A program made the translations under genes and the position numbers. The notes below the pieces were generated by a model. It did no database searches, was not told where the DNA came from, and saw only the letters and a program-made list of their open reading frames with translations. Source: an uncultured Bacteroidales bacterium (GTDB lineage: Bacteria > Bacteroidota > Bacteroidia > Bacteroidales > VadinHA17). Taken from it: 64,000 bases of DNA. Below are positions 41,171 to 52,216 of the stretch, one piece after another; position 1 is the stretch's first letter; every line of letters begins with the position of its first letter. The stretch lies in contig CAWGUN010000009.1 in the NCBI GenBank assembly GCA_963825935.1, positions 89,281 through 153,280 on the forward strand, given 5' to 3'.

Positions 41171-41245
41171 TAAAACGGCAAATTTTTCTCTTTCACCTCT
41201 AAGGTTTTCTGGGAAAAAGAGGTTATGTTTACCGAAATTTAAAAG

Positions 41246-42481
41246 TTGAAAGCAAAGTTAAAGTCATTCTGTACGGTGTTGTTTGTGATTACACTTTGCA
41301 CCTGTATAGATCCATATAGTCCTGAATTTAAGGGTTATGATTCGCTGCTAGTGGTTGAAGGACAGATTACTGATGATAATTCTTCATATCAGATTAAATT
41401 ATCGCGGACAATCCAAAAGGAAGATGCGATTCCTGTGAAGGTTTCTGATGCAGTTGCTTCTATTACGGATAATTCCGGAGGGACATATAACCTGATTAAT
41501 TTTGGGAGAGGTATCTACAAAACAGACAGCACAAAATTTATTGGCAAAGTCGGAAGTATTTATACACTCCACATAAAAACAAGTGACGGGAATGAATATA
41601 GTTCTGAACCATGCCAGATGTTACCCGTCCCCCTTATTGATAGCATTTATTACGAAAAGTATGAAGAATTTGCCTCCAATCAAAGTGAAAGTCAGACCGG
41701 CATAAGAATATATCTTGATTCGAAACCGGGAGACGTCATCAATAATTATTTCCGATGGGAATATATAGAAACATGGAAATTCATGTTACCTCAATTAAAA
41801 AGATTTGATTACATCAATGAAGAAACTATTGTCACTATCCCCGATGTAAATGAATTTTGCTGGAAAACAATTAAATCAGGTGAAATATTAACAAAGTCTG
41901 TTTTATCCGGTCAGACAAATTTTATTCAAAAAGAGCCACTGGTTTTCATAGCTTCTGATAAATCTAACCGGTTAACAATTCAGTACAGTATCCTGGTAAA
42001 ACAATATTCTGTTTCAAAAAAGGAATTTGATTTCTGGAACAATTTAAAGCAGGTAAATGAAAGCGGAGGAGATATTTTTGATTCTCAACCATACCCTGTG
42101 ATAAGTAATATTTCTAACATTAATAATTCAGATGAAAAGGTCTTAGGATATTTTCAGGTCTCGGCAGTAAGTCAAAAAAGAAAAGACATCACTTTCATGG
42201 AGTTGACAAAACTTAATCTTCCGCTTTTTAATTATGGTTGTTCAAGAATCGAAACTGAACCTGCAGATTATTGCAAAAATGGAGGATTTGGTTGTGTCCC
42301 GCCTACATGGGATCAATTATATCAGATGTGGACTTTTGCCGGATATGTGTTTATTGAACCTATATTTTCAAACCCGATAACCAGGACACTTAGGAAACTG
42401 GTTTTTTCGGAGCCTTTCTGTTCAGATTGCACATTGACCGGAACATATGTGAGGCCTGATTTCTGGATCGACCTTAATTAA
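41246..42481 (+). CDS. DUF4249-like lipoprotein
   Basis: 411 aa with an apparent TTG start and lipobox ITLCTC. The N-terminal pattern DPYSPEF...LLVVEGQITDD...IKLSRT is as I recall for DUF4249. This was not verified by search. Confidence 0.5.
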   Translation: MKAKLKSFCTVLFVITLCTCIDPYSPEFKGYDSLLVVEGQITDDNSSYQIKLSRTIQKEDAIPVKVSDAVASITDNSGGTYNLINFGRGIYKTDSTKFIGKVGSIYTLHIKTSDGNEYSSEPCQMLPVPLIDSIYYEKYEEFASNQSESQTGIRIYLDSKPGDVINNYFRWEYIETWKFMLPQLKRFDYINEETIVTIPDVNEFCWKTIKSGEILTKSVLSGQTNFIQKEPLVFIASDKSNRLTIQYSILVKQYSVSKKEFDFWNNLKQVNESGGDIFDSQPYPVISNISNINNSDEKVLGYFQVSAVSQKRKDITFMELTKLNLPLFNYGCSRIETEPADYCKNGGFGCVPPTWDQLYQMWTFAGYVFIEPIFSNPITRTLRKLVFSEPFCSDCTLTGTYVRPDFWIDLN

Positions 42482-42592
42482 TCGCAAATCTGTAAACCGT
42501 ATACTTAAGTCAGGTTTTTATTATCTTTACGATACTGATTTTATGTTTTTTTTAGATTCGAAAATTTTTTTACCTGACTTTTAAATTCGCTT

Positions 42593-43075
42593 ATGACATT
42601 CGATAACAGCAAAATCATCATCAGCCTCAGGATCAAATTATTCGTGGCGACTCTTCTCCTTCTTGCCTATATCGGTCTGGCATATGCAGCAAAACTCATT
42701 AAATTTCCCCTCCTCGGCCTGAGCGATACTGCCTGTACGCTTATAGTTGTAGGTCTCTGGCTACTTATTTGCCTCGTGCCAATGATACTAAATTACCAGT
42801 ACGTCTCTTATTCAGATGAAGGAGAAAGTTTAGTTTTCAGATTTTTCACAGCCGGGATTGTCGGAGGTAAAAAGAACGCCGTCGAAATAAACAAATCTGT
42901 CTTTTCCGGGTACACAACAGAATCCAAACTTCTCGGACTCTCGAGGAGTATTATCCTGTATCAGAAGGTAGGGCAGGGAACTGCCAAATACCCGCCGATC
43001 CATATAACTGCACTCTCCGGGGAACAGAGAGCGAAACTGATCAGCTCCCTTAATTCCTATATTTCCGGGGTGTGA
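42593..43075 (+). CDS. hypothetical membrane protein
   Basis: 160 aa with two predicted TM helices followed by a soluble tail. No family recognised. Confidence 0.4.
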   Translation: MTFDNSKIIISLRIKLFVATLLLLAYIGLAYAAKLIKFPLLGLSDTACTLIVVGLWLLICLVPMILNYQYVSYSDEGESLVFRFFTAGIVGGKKNAVEINKSVFSGYTTESKLLGLSRSIILYQKVGQGTAKYPPIHITALSGEQRAKLISSLNSYISGV

Positions 43076-43177
43076 TCTGAAATGCTCAATAACATGAGTT
43101 AAATCATTTTTAATGAATACCATACAACCCAACTTTGGGGCTTCAAATATTAAATATTAACTTAAAATATTTATATC

Positions 43178-44515
43178 ATGAATGTGGATAAAATTATGAA
43201 CAACCTCGAGAAGAAACATCCCGGAGAGGTTGAATATTTACAGGCCGTAAGGGAGGTTCTCGAATCAATTGAAGAGGTATATAACGAAAATCCTCAGTTC
43301 GAAACTGCCAACATAATTGAAAGGATCATTGAACCTGATCGGGTTTTAATGTTTAAGGTTCCATGGGTCGATGATGAAGGTAATGTTAAAGTGAACCTTG
43401 GTTACCGGGTTCAGTTTAACAATGCAATCGGCCCTTATAAGGGAGGCCTTCGTTTCCACCCTAGCGTAAACCTGTCGATCCTGAAATTCCTCGGCTTTGA
43501 GCAGATCTTTAAAAATGCACTTACCACGCTCCCGATGGGTGGGGGAAAAGGAGGATCCGATTTTGATCCTAAAGGAAAATCAAATGAGGAAGTGATGCGT
43601 TTCTGCCAGGCATTCATGCTGGAGCTGTGGAAATATATTGGTCCTGAGACTGATGTACCAGCTGGCGATATTGGTGTAGGTGGACGCGAAATCGGATTCC
43701 TTTACGGTATGTATAAAAAACTGAAAGGTGATCATACTGGTGTTCTTACAGGTAAGGGAAGCAACTGGGGAGGATCACTGATCCGTCCTGAAGCTACCGG
43801 TTTTGGTGGAATATACTTTGCTCAGGAGATGCTCGCCACCAGGAATGAATCATTAAAAGGTAAAACTGTCTCCATATCAGGGTTTGGTAATGTAGCCTGG
43901 GGCGCTGCTCTTAAGGCAAGTGAACTTGGCGCAAAGGTTGTCACAATATCCGGCCCCGATGGATATGTGTACGATCCTGATGGAATTTCCGGTAAAAAGA
44001 TCGATTATATGCTGGAGCTTCGCGCCTCAAACGAAGACATTGTTAAACCCTATTCGTATGCGTTTGAAGGTGTTGAATTTCACGAGGGGAAAAGGCCGTG
44101 GGAAGTCAAGGTCGATATAGCTTTACCCTGTGCAACACAAAACGAACTTAAAGGCGAAGACGCTAAAACTCTTATTAACAATGGTGTTATGCTGGTGGCT
44201 GAAATTTCAAATATGGGATGCACTCCTGAAGCGGTGGAAGAATTTATTAAGAACAAAGTATTATTTGCCCCGGGAAAAGCAGTTAATGCCGGCGGGGTGG
44301 CTACATCAGGACTGGAAATGACCCAGAATGCGATGAAACTCAGATGGAACAGTCAGGAAGTTGATGAACGCCTTCATGAGATCATGCGTAATATCCATGG
44401 CCAGTGTGTTAAACATGGCAAGAGGGAGGATGGCTTCGTTGATTATGTGAAGGGTGCAAATATTGCAGGATTCCTTAAAGTTGCAAATTCAATGCTCGAT
44501 ATGGGGGTGATTTAA
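43178..44515 (+). CDS. glutamate dehydrogenase, paralog with a clostridial NAD-type dinucleotide-fold signature
   Basis: 445 aa with catalytic motif [15 protein letters not shown]. The Rossmann region GFGNVAWGAA...VVTISGPDGYVYDP resembles my recollection of the NAD-specific Clostridium symbiosum enzyme. Confidence 0.88.
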   Translation: MNVDKIMNNLEKKHPGEVEYLQAVREVLESIEEVYNENPQFETANIIERIIEPDRVLMFKVPWVDDEGNVKVNLGYRVQFNNAIGPYKGGLRFHPSVNLSILKFLGFEQIFKNALTTLPMGGGKGGSDFDPKGKSNEEVMRFCQAFMLELWKYIGPETDVPAGDIGVGGREIGFLYGMYKKLKGDHTGVLTGKGSNWGGSLIRPEATGFGGIYFAQEMLATRNESLKGKTVSISGFGNVAWGAALKASELGAKVVTISGPDGYVYDPDGISGKKIDYMLELRASNEDIVKPYSYAFEGVEFHEGKRPWEVKVDIALPCATQNELKGEDAKTLINNGVMLVAEISNMGCTPEAVEEFIKNKVLFAPGKAVNAGGVATSGLEMTQNAMKLRWNSQEVDERLHEIMRNIHGQCVKHGKREDGFVDYVKGANIAGFLKVANSMLDMGVI

Positions 44516-44554
44516 CCCCCCTGAAGTAGGGGGATTGGGGGGTTTCTTTTTTTT
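44514..44554 (+). terminator. intrinsic terminator (C6/G5/G6 hairpin plus T-run)
   Basis: AACCCCCC(44514-44521) TGAAGTA GGGGG ATT GGGGGGTT(44537-44544) followed by TCTTTTTTTT. It starts at the stop codon of the upstream gdh. Confidence 0.7.
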
Positions 44555-44584
44555 GTATATTTACATGTCTCAATTCATTGTGCT

Positions 44585-45694
44585 ATGCCTGAAGATATCT
44601 CTCTGAAGCATAAAATCGCTTTAGGACTTATACCGCGGATTGGTGATATTAATGCCCGTAAACTGGTTGCTCATTTAGGAAGCGTTGAAGCCGTTTTCCA
44701 TGAACCATACAGGACCCTGACTAAGATCCCCGGAATAGGTTCAGGTCTTGCCAGATATATATCAGACAGGTCATATCTTGAAGCCGCCGAAAAAGAGGCT
44801 GAATATGTTACCAGGTATAACATCAGGACTTTCTTCTATCTTGATAATGACTATCCTTACAGGCTTCGTCAGTGTGATGATTCGCCGGTGGTCTTTTTCT
44901 TTAAAGGAAACTGCAACCTGGATGCATCAAAGATTTTAAGCGTTGTTGGAACCAGGAGCGCCACCTCAAGGGGTAAAGAGTTTTGCGATAAGATAATCAG
45001 CGGACTTGCCGCCGGGCATCCTGATCTTGTAATTGTAAGCGGACTTGCCTATGGAATTGATATCGCATCACATAAAGCTGCTCTTTCAAATAACCTTCCT
45101 ACTATCGGTGTCCTTGCCAACGGACTGAAGACCCTTTATCCTTCTATCCATAAATCAACAGCCGATGCAATGCTTAAAAACGGAGGGCTTCTCACCGATT
45201 TTCTTTCCGATGCGCTGCCTGAAAGAAATAATTTCATTAAAAGGAACCGTATAATTGCAGGTCTATCGGATGCAACACTGGTTGTTGAGTCGGCAGTCAA
45301 GGGAGGTGCACTTATTACTGCAGATATTGCCGGCTCTTATAACCGTGATGTTTTTGCGGTTCCCGGACGACCGGAGGATCAGTGGTCAGCCGGCTGCAAC
45401 AGCCTGATTAAAAGTAATAAGGCTGCAATGGCAGAATGTTCTGATGATATCGAATATTTTCTTGACTGGAAACCCGAAAAGTTGAAACAACCCATCCAGA
45501 GAACATTGTTTTCGGATATGACCGATACTGAAAAAATGATCTTTGATCTCCTGTCAAAGGAAAATGAACTGACTATCGATTCAATCTGCCGTACCCTTGA
45601 CCTTCCTGTCTATAAACTGTCTGCCATGCTTCTCCAGATGGAATTTAAAGGACTCATCAAATGCTATCCCGGAAATCTGTACAGAACTTCATGA
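44585..45694 (+). CDS. dprA: DNA-processing protein DprA (Smf)
   Basis: 369 aa with motifs VVGTRSAT, SGLAYGIDIASHKAAL, RNRIIAGLSDATLVVES and VFAVPG. Confidence 0.9.
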   Translation: MPEDISLKHKIALGLIPRIGDINARKLVAHLGSVEAVFHEPYRTLTKIPGIGSGLARYISDRSYLEAAEKEAEYVTRYNIRTFFYLDNDYPYRLRQCDDSPVVFFFKGNCNLDASKILSVVGTRSATSRGKEFCDKIISGLAAGHPDLVIVSGLAYGIDIASHKAALSNNLPTIGVLANGLKTLYPSIHKSTADAMLKNGGLLTDFLSDALPERNNFIKRNRIIAGLSDATLVVESAVKGGALITADIAGSYNRDVFAVPGRPEDQWSAGCNSLIKSNKAAMAECSDDIEYFLDWKPEKLKQPIQRTLFSDMTDTEKMIFDLLSKENELTIDSICRTLDLPVYKLSAMLLQMEFKGLIKCYPGNLYRTS

Positions 45695-45799
45695 TTTAGT
45701 CAGTCATTCTCCTTTCATGGTGAAATTAATTATTGATAACCGTGAACCAGATATCTATTGTTTTCCTACTTTAGCCTACCGATATTACTAAAAAAATAA

Positions 45800-47145
<1,346 letters not shown>

Positions 47146-47146
<1 letters not shown>

Positions 47147-47919
47147 TGCAGCTTATAGACACACATACTCATCTTTATCTGCCGGAATTTGATTCCGACC
47201 GAGAGGAGATGATTGACAGAGCCGTAAGTAGTGGAATTATCAGGCTTCTTATGCCGAATATTGATATTCATTCGGTTGGTCTGATGCTTTCCTCAGCTGA
47301 AAAATATAAAAATACCTGCATCCCAATGATCGGCCTTCATCCTACCTCAGTTAAAGATGATTACCGGGAACAGCTCAAAGAACTTGAAAAGATTTCATCC
47401 GAACACATCTTCATTGCAGTTGGCGAAATAGGGATCGATCTTTATTGGGATAAAACCCATTTAAATGAACAGCTTGATGCTTTTCGAAAACAGGTATCAT
47501 TTGCTGTTAAGTCACAATTGCCGGTTGTTATTCATTCCAGAGAAGCTTTTCCTGAGGTGTGTTCAGTCCTTGATGAATTTAAGGGAGAGAAACTAACAGG
47601 AGTATTTCATGCATTTTCCGGTAACATGAATGATGCTGAAAAAGCTGTCGGAATGGGTTTTATGCTGGGTATCGGCGGACCGTTGACATTTAAGAACTCA
47701 GGCCTTGATAAGATAGTAAAAGATATTGGTATTGAACATATTATACTTGAGACTGATTCGCCTTACCTTTCTCCTGTACCATACAGGGGAAAAAGAAATG
47801 AAAGTTCATATATCAGTATCATTAACAAAAAGCTTGCAGAAGTAATCGGGATTGACGAAGAAGAGAGTGCTTCTGCAACCTTCAATAACTCCTGCCTGCT
47901 TTTTAAAATTAAAATATGA
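47146..47919 (+). CDS. tatD: TatD family metal-dependent hydrolase
   Basis: 257 aa with motifs IDTHTHLY and LETDSPYL. Confidence 0.85.
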
Positions 47920-48953
47920 TGAAAAGTAAAGAAAATATTTCCGTACTTATTATTTATACCGGTGGCACAATCGGCATGGTTCACGATCGTGAAACCGGTT
48001 CGCTGGTCCCGATAGATTTCAAGCATATTACAAAACATGTCCCTGAGCTAAGCAAATTCGGATACGATTTGCAGTCAGTCTCATTCGATCCTGTAAAGGA
48101 TTCTTCAAATATTGATCCGGATGTCTGGGTAAAGATGGCTGAGACAATCGAAAAGAATTACAGCAAATTCGACGGATTCATTGTGTTGCATGGGACAGAT
48201 ACTATGGCCTATTCAGCTTCAGCTCTTAGCTTTATGCTTAAGAACCTTGCCAAACCAGTGATATTTACAGGATCGCAGCTGCCCATAGGGTTGCTTCGCA
48301 CGGACGGACGCGAAAACCTTATTACCGCGATTGAAATAGCAGCTGCAAAGGAAAACGGAAAATCACTGGTTCCTGAGGTATGCATTTATTTCGATAATGA
48401 GCTTACCAGAGGAAATCGCACTACCAAATTCAGTGCCGAGCATTTTGATGCATTTAACTCGCCCAATTACCCTCCGCTTGCAGAAGTGGGGCTGCATCTG
48501 AAATATAATTTTAATCAGATAAGGTACCCTGCCACAAACAAAAAGCTGATTGTCCATAAGAAATTTGATAATAATGTCGCCATTCTGAAGCTTTTCCCGG
48601 GATTGAACAGGAACCTGGTCAATGCAGTAATTAATACAAAAGGATTAAAGGGACTGATTATTGAAACATTCGGGTCGGGGAATGCTCCAACATATAAATG
48701 GTTTCTCGATGATCTAAAGAAGTTTATTGCCGGAGGAGGAATAATATATAATGTAACCCAGTGCCATGGCGGCAGTGTTGAAATGGGGTTATATGAGACC
48801 AGCCGGGAAATGCTGGCTGCCGGAGTTGTCAGCGGAAAGGATATTACTTCTGAGGCTTCGGTCACCAAGCTTATGCACCTGCTTGGTATTTGCAGGAGCA
48901 GAGAGGATGTAATAATGTGCCTTGGCAAATCGATGGCCGGAGAAATTTCCTGA
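47916..48953 (+). CDS. ansA: type I L-asparaginase
   Basis: 345 aa with motifs IIYTGGTIGM and LHGTDTMAYSASAL. The start overlaps the tatD stop (ATGA). Confidence 0.85.
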   Translation: MMKSKENISVLIIYTGGTIGMVHDRETGSLVPIDFKHITKHVPELSKFGYDLQSVSFDPVKDSSNIDPDVWVKMAETIEKNYSKFDGFIVLHGTDTMAYSASALSFMLKNLAKPVIFTGSQLPIGLLRTDGRENLITAIEIAAAKENGKSLVPEVCIYFDNELTRGNRTTKFSAEHFDAFNSPNYPPLAEVGLHLKYNFNQIRYPATNKKLIVHKKFDNNVAILKLFPGLNRNLVNAVINTKGLKGLIIETFGSGNAPTYKWFLDDLKKFIAGGGIIYNVTQCHGGSVEMGLYETSREMLAAGVVSGKDITSEASVTKLMHLLGICRSREDVIMCLGKSMAGEIS

Positions 48954-49012
48954 CTGGATTGAAATATTTTGTAATTTGCGCCGCTAAATTACATAACCAC
49001 AGTCTATATTAA

Positions 49013-49198
<186 letters not shown>

Positions 49199-49288
49199 AG
49201 GTTCCCTTCCAGGGATCGCGATCCGCCATTTGGCGGAGAGCAATCCCTGGATCACACGTACTCACCCCCCAACCCATTCTCTGCTGTC

Positions 49289-50248
49289 GCACTACCCTTT
49301 ATACACATTTTTTTTTAATTCATGAAGAGTTCTTGATAGTGATATAAGATTTTCTTTTTCAGGAAAACTTTAGGTCTTATTTTTATAATTGGACAATTCA
49401 GTGGTGCACAAAGGTGAAAAATATTTACGATGCCAGAGGCATCCAAGTCCAATATCCATGGTTTCATCCATGGTATCTGCTCTAATCATCTTACAACACC
49501 GGAGGTGTTGAAGAATCTCATGTAAACAAATACTCTTCTTTATAATCTACATCATTCTCTTTTAATAATCTGATTAATTCATCTTTGAATGAGATTGCTT
49601 TATGATGCGCGGCCTGATTTTTTACATAACTGATCAATGAAGCTTTGCTTGAAATGTGATAAGTAAATCCGCTGTAACCAACTTGCCATCCCGGGAAATT
49701 AAGAAATAATGTTCTCTCCCTGAGTATCATAGCATGGGATGCTTCTTTAATGTCCTTAATAAGATATGCTGGACAGATTGCAGGATGAATGTGTGTGATA
49801 ATATGTATATGATTACTTGCACCGCCTACAATATAGGAGTGACAGGATTTCTTTTTTAATACTCCTGCAACATAACCAAACAGTAAATCTTGATTTTCTG
49901 ATGAAAGGAATGGTAAATGGCCTTTACTGCCAAATACAAGCTGATACAAAAACTGGGTATAAGTCGACATATTTTCCACTTCTAGCACAGGAATAAAATT
50001 ATGAATATAATTTCAGATTCACAACTTCAACCCGCTCCGGGGTTGAAAAATTGTGTGTTAATTTACCCCGGATGTACCGGGGTTATTAGACTTAAAAGCC
50101 TCCGGCTTTAACTGCCATTTTTATAAACGCCCTTGATATAGCCTTGATTATTTAACTAAAAAGTATCCTGCTTTTACTGAATAGAGAAGCTCATTCTTAA
50201 ACAACTTGTATTTTAGCATTTTAAAGAGATGTGTATAAAGGGTAGTGC
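49289..50248. mobile_element. 960-bp unit carrying a Y1 (IS200/RAYT-type) transposase gene, bounded by 20-bp perfect inverted repeats and TGTC flanks
   Basis: GCACTACCCTTTATACACAT (49289-49308) is the reverse complement of 50229-50248. TGTC lies at 49285-49288 and 50249-50252. Internal small hairpins flank the gene on both sides. Confidence 0.6.
49518..49970 (-). CDS. IS200/IS605-family Y1 HUH transposase homolog (possibly a REP-associated RAYT)
   Basis: 150 aa from MSTYTQFLYQLVF. The HUH motif is NHIHIITHI and the catalytic Tyr context is LISYVKNQAAHH. The track ORF starts 6 codons earlier. Confidence 0.85.
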   Translation of the reverse strand: MSTYTQFLYQLVFGSKGHLPFLSSENQDLLFGYVAGVLKKKSCHSYIVGGASNHIHIITHIHPAICPAYLIKDIKEASHAMILRERTLFLNFPGWQVGYSGFTYHISSKASLISYVKNQAAHHKAISFKDELIRLLKENDVDYKEEYLFT

Positions 50249-50447
50249 TGTCGCAAAGAGGGGGTGTAATTCACTGCATAATTGACGATTGCAAATATGA
50301 AAACCTCTCTCCAAACCCTTCTCCCAAGAAGGCGGGGCTTAAAAATCATTATTTGTAAGGGTTCCTTTGGCTTTGCTGTATCATACTACAGGGATCATTA
50401 CCCAGGCGAATTATCCCCATTTCTCTGCCAATTATTTTAAGTAAGAG

Positions 50448-50500
50448 TTAACATTAAAACATATTTAGCCCACAAAAGGAGATGAAGTTTTCCTAAATAC
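50448..50500 (+). repeat. left copy of the direct repeat bracketing the two-gene cassette
   Basis: TTAACATT (50448-50455), a 32-nt spacer, then TTTTCCTAAATAC (50488-50500). Compare the contiguous TTAACATTTTCCTAAGATAC at 52217-52236. Confidence 0.5.
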
Positions 50501-50524
50501 GAATAAATTACCTTGTATTCAAAC

Positions 50525-51316
50525 TTAAGGGTGATTCACGATATTTTGCTGTGGTTCTTTTACAGAGATTTCTTTCTTGATATTAGATTTAAAGACTCTA
50601 TTAATACTTTTCTTTATTTCATCAGCCTTTTCATCTTCAAGTATCTCCCTCTTAATAACTTCTTGCTCTAAAACATTTTTGATTTCCTCTGGAGGAACTT
50701 TTACATCAGGACGGATTCTTCTAATTGTTTTTCTGATACTTTCTATGACTTGATTTGATAAAAGTATTTGACCAATGAAGAATTTATTAAGTGATTGTCG
50801 TTCATTTAAGAAATCTTCTAAGGCACTCCTTCCAATACTTTCTTTACTGATGTAGTAAAGATGTTCAAGATCGGTAATTCTCTTTGAATTAAGGTTAAGA
50901 AATTCGAACTCATAAATTAACTCCGTACCTAAAGGTTTCTCAAATATAATTTTATAAATTTTCCATTGGTTCCCATTTGTAAGAATTACCCAATCAGACC
51001 CTTTACTAGAACCATAGCCAACGACTTGTCTTTTATGTTCAGGTTTTAATTCTATGCCAACTGCTTTTATTTCAATTAAAAATATTGGCTTTTCATCAAT
51101 CTTTATTGCAAGATCACAATAGGTTCTATTCACCTCATATTCAGATGTAATTTCCGAATATTTCTTATATCCAAATATTTCGGCCAGCATATCCATTACA
51201 ATTGCAGACGTATCAGATTCGTTTAAGTCCTTTTCTTTAGCAGATTTTATTATAGCCTGGAATTTTTTGAGACTATATGTTAATCTACCCCGGACTTTAT
51301 TAGGAATTTTAGCCAT
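50525..51316 (-). CDS. PD-(D/E)xK nuclease-fold protein (HsdR N-terminal-like domain) with a helical C-terminal domain
   Basis: 263 aa. The motif order is E..(SEYE), D (YCDLAI), ExK (LIEIKAV), QVVGY, then WVILTNGNQWKIYKI, as in stand-alone type I restriction R-subunit N-terminal-like nucleases. The family was recalled from memory, not searched. Confidence 0.6.
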   Translation of the reverse strand: MAKIPNKVRGRLTYSLKKFQAIIKSAKEKDLNESDTSAIVMDMLAEIFGYKKYSEITSEYEVNRTYCDLAIKIDEKPIFLIEIKAVGIELKPEHKRQVVGYGSSKGSDWVILTNGNQWKIYKIIFEKPLGTELIYEFEFLNLNSKRITDLEHLYYISKESIGRSALEDFLNERQSLNKFFIGQILLSNQVIESIRKTIRRIRPDVKVPPEEIKNVLEQEVIKREILEDEKADEIKKSINRVFKSNIKKEISVKEPQQNIVNHP

Positions 51317-51376
51317 AGCAAAGATTTTTAAAATTCAACATACTAAGGTATAACTAATTAAGATTATATAAAATCT

Positions 51377-52180
51377 TTAGTCACAAACATGTTCAAACTC
51401 CTTCTTACAATGAGGGCAGACGAGATTCTGTTTTTTTGGATTATTTAGTTTTGAAACGAATCCTGAACTGATTATCCCTGTGGGTAGTGCGATCAGACCA
51501 ATTCCAAGGATGGCCACAATCCCACTGATTATTTTTCCAATTGTGGTAATTGGGGCTATATCTCCGTAACCTATAGTAGTTAAAGTTGCAATAGCCCACC
51601 AAAGTGAAGAAAAAATATTTTTGAATTTATCCGGCTGTACTGGACTTTCTACGTGGTACATCAGGAAGGCAGATACAAGTAACATAAGGAAAGCAATAAA
51701 AAAGGTCATCTGGAGCTCGGCTTTCTTTTCCTTAATAACATCCCAGATCAGTTTTAGGGTACTATTGTACCTGGAAATCTTGAATATTCTGAAAAATCTT
51801 ATAAGTCTTAGTATTCTAAGAAATCTAAGGTCAGTTTTTATGATGAAAGGGATATAAAATGGCAATATGGCTAAAAGATCAATTAGACCAAACGGAGAAA
51901 ATATAAATTTAAGTGTTGAGTAGAATTTATTACTCGCAGGATGAGTAATATCAGAGATATATAGTCTCATAAGAAATTCTATTGTGAAAATGACTATTGA
52001 GAATATTTCAAATATTCTTAGGAATTGAAGAATACCTGCATTGAGTCCTGTTAGAGTATCGATTGCAACAGCAGTGACATTTAAAACTATGAGGGTTAAA
52101 ATAAAATAATCAAAAATCAGGTTGATTTTTGATCCGTGAGCACCCTTTTCTACTAGATTATATATTTTCTGCTTCATCAT
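51377..52180 (-). CDS. 6TM voltage-gated-type potassium channel
   Basis: 267 aa. The S4-like arginine ladder is LRFLRILRLIRFFRIFKISR and the selectivity filter is TLTTIGYGD. The C-terminal tail is VCPHCKKEFEHVCD. Confidence 0.85.
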   Translation of the reverse strand: MMKQKIYNLVEKGAHGSKINLIFDYFILTLIVLNVTAVAIDTLTGLNAGILQFLRIFEIFSIVIFTIEFLMRLYISDITHPASNKFYSTLKFIFSPFGLIDLLAILPFYIPFIIKTDLRFLRILRLIRFFRIFKISRYNSTLKLIWDVIKEKKAELQMTFFIAFLMLLVSAFLMYHVESPVQPDKFKNIFSSLWWAIATLTTIGYGDIAPITTIGKIISGIVAILGIGLIALPTGIISSGFVSKLNNPKKQNLVCPHCKKEFEHVCD

Positions 52181-52216
52181 TTAGGTTTGTTTTATGCCCA
52201 ACTAATTCGTTGCTAT

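Noticed and set aside
42507-42580. 9-bp inverted repeat AAGTCAGGT / ACCTGACTT upstream of the 160-aa membrane protein gene.
   Set aside because: The arms are short with a 56-nt AT-rich spacer. I cannot distinguish this from chance without a genome-wide comparison.
49199-49260. A possible second tRNA or tRNA remnant on the minus strand (GGATCGCGATCC resembles a T-arm next to the duplicated 19-mer).
   Set aside because: I could not build an acceptor stem or anticodon arm, and the T-loop consensus (TTCRA) is not met.
50001-50111. 36-aa plus-strand ORF upstream of the transposase gene, and a 49-aa ORF starting at 50297.
   Set aside because: Both run straight through stacked GC hairpins or repeat motifs, have no recognisable protein features, and fall below any reasonable coding evidence.
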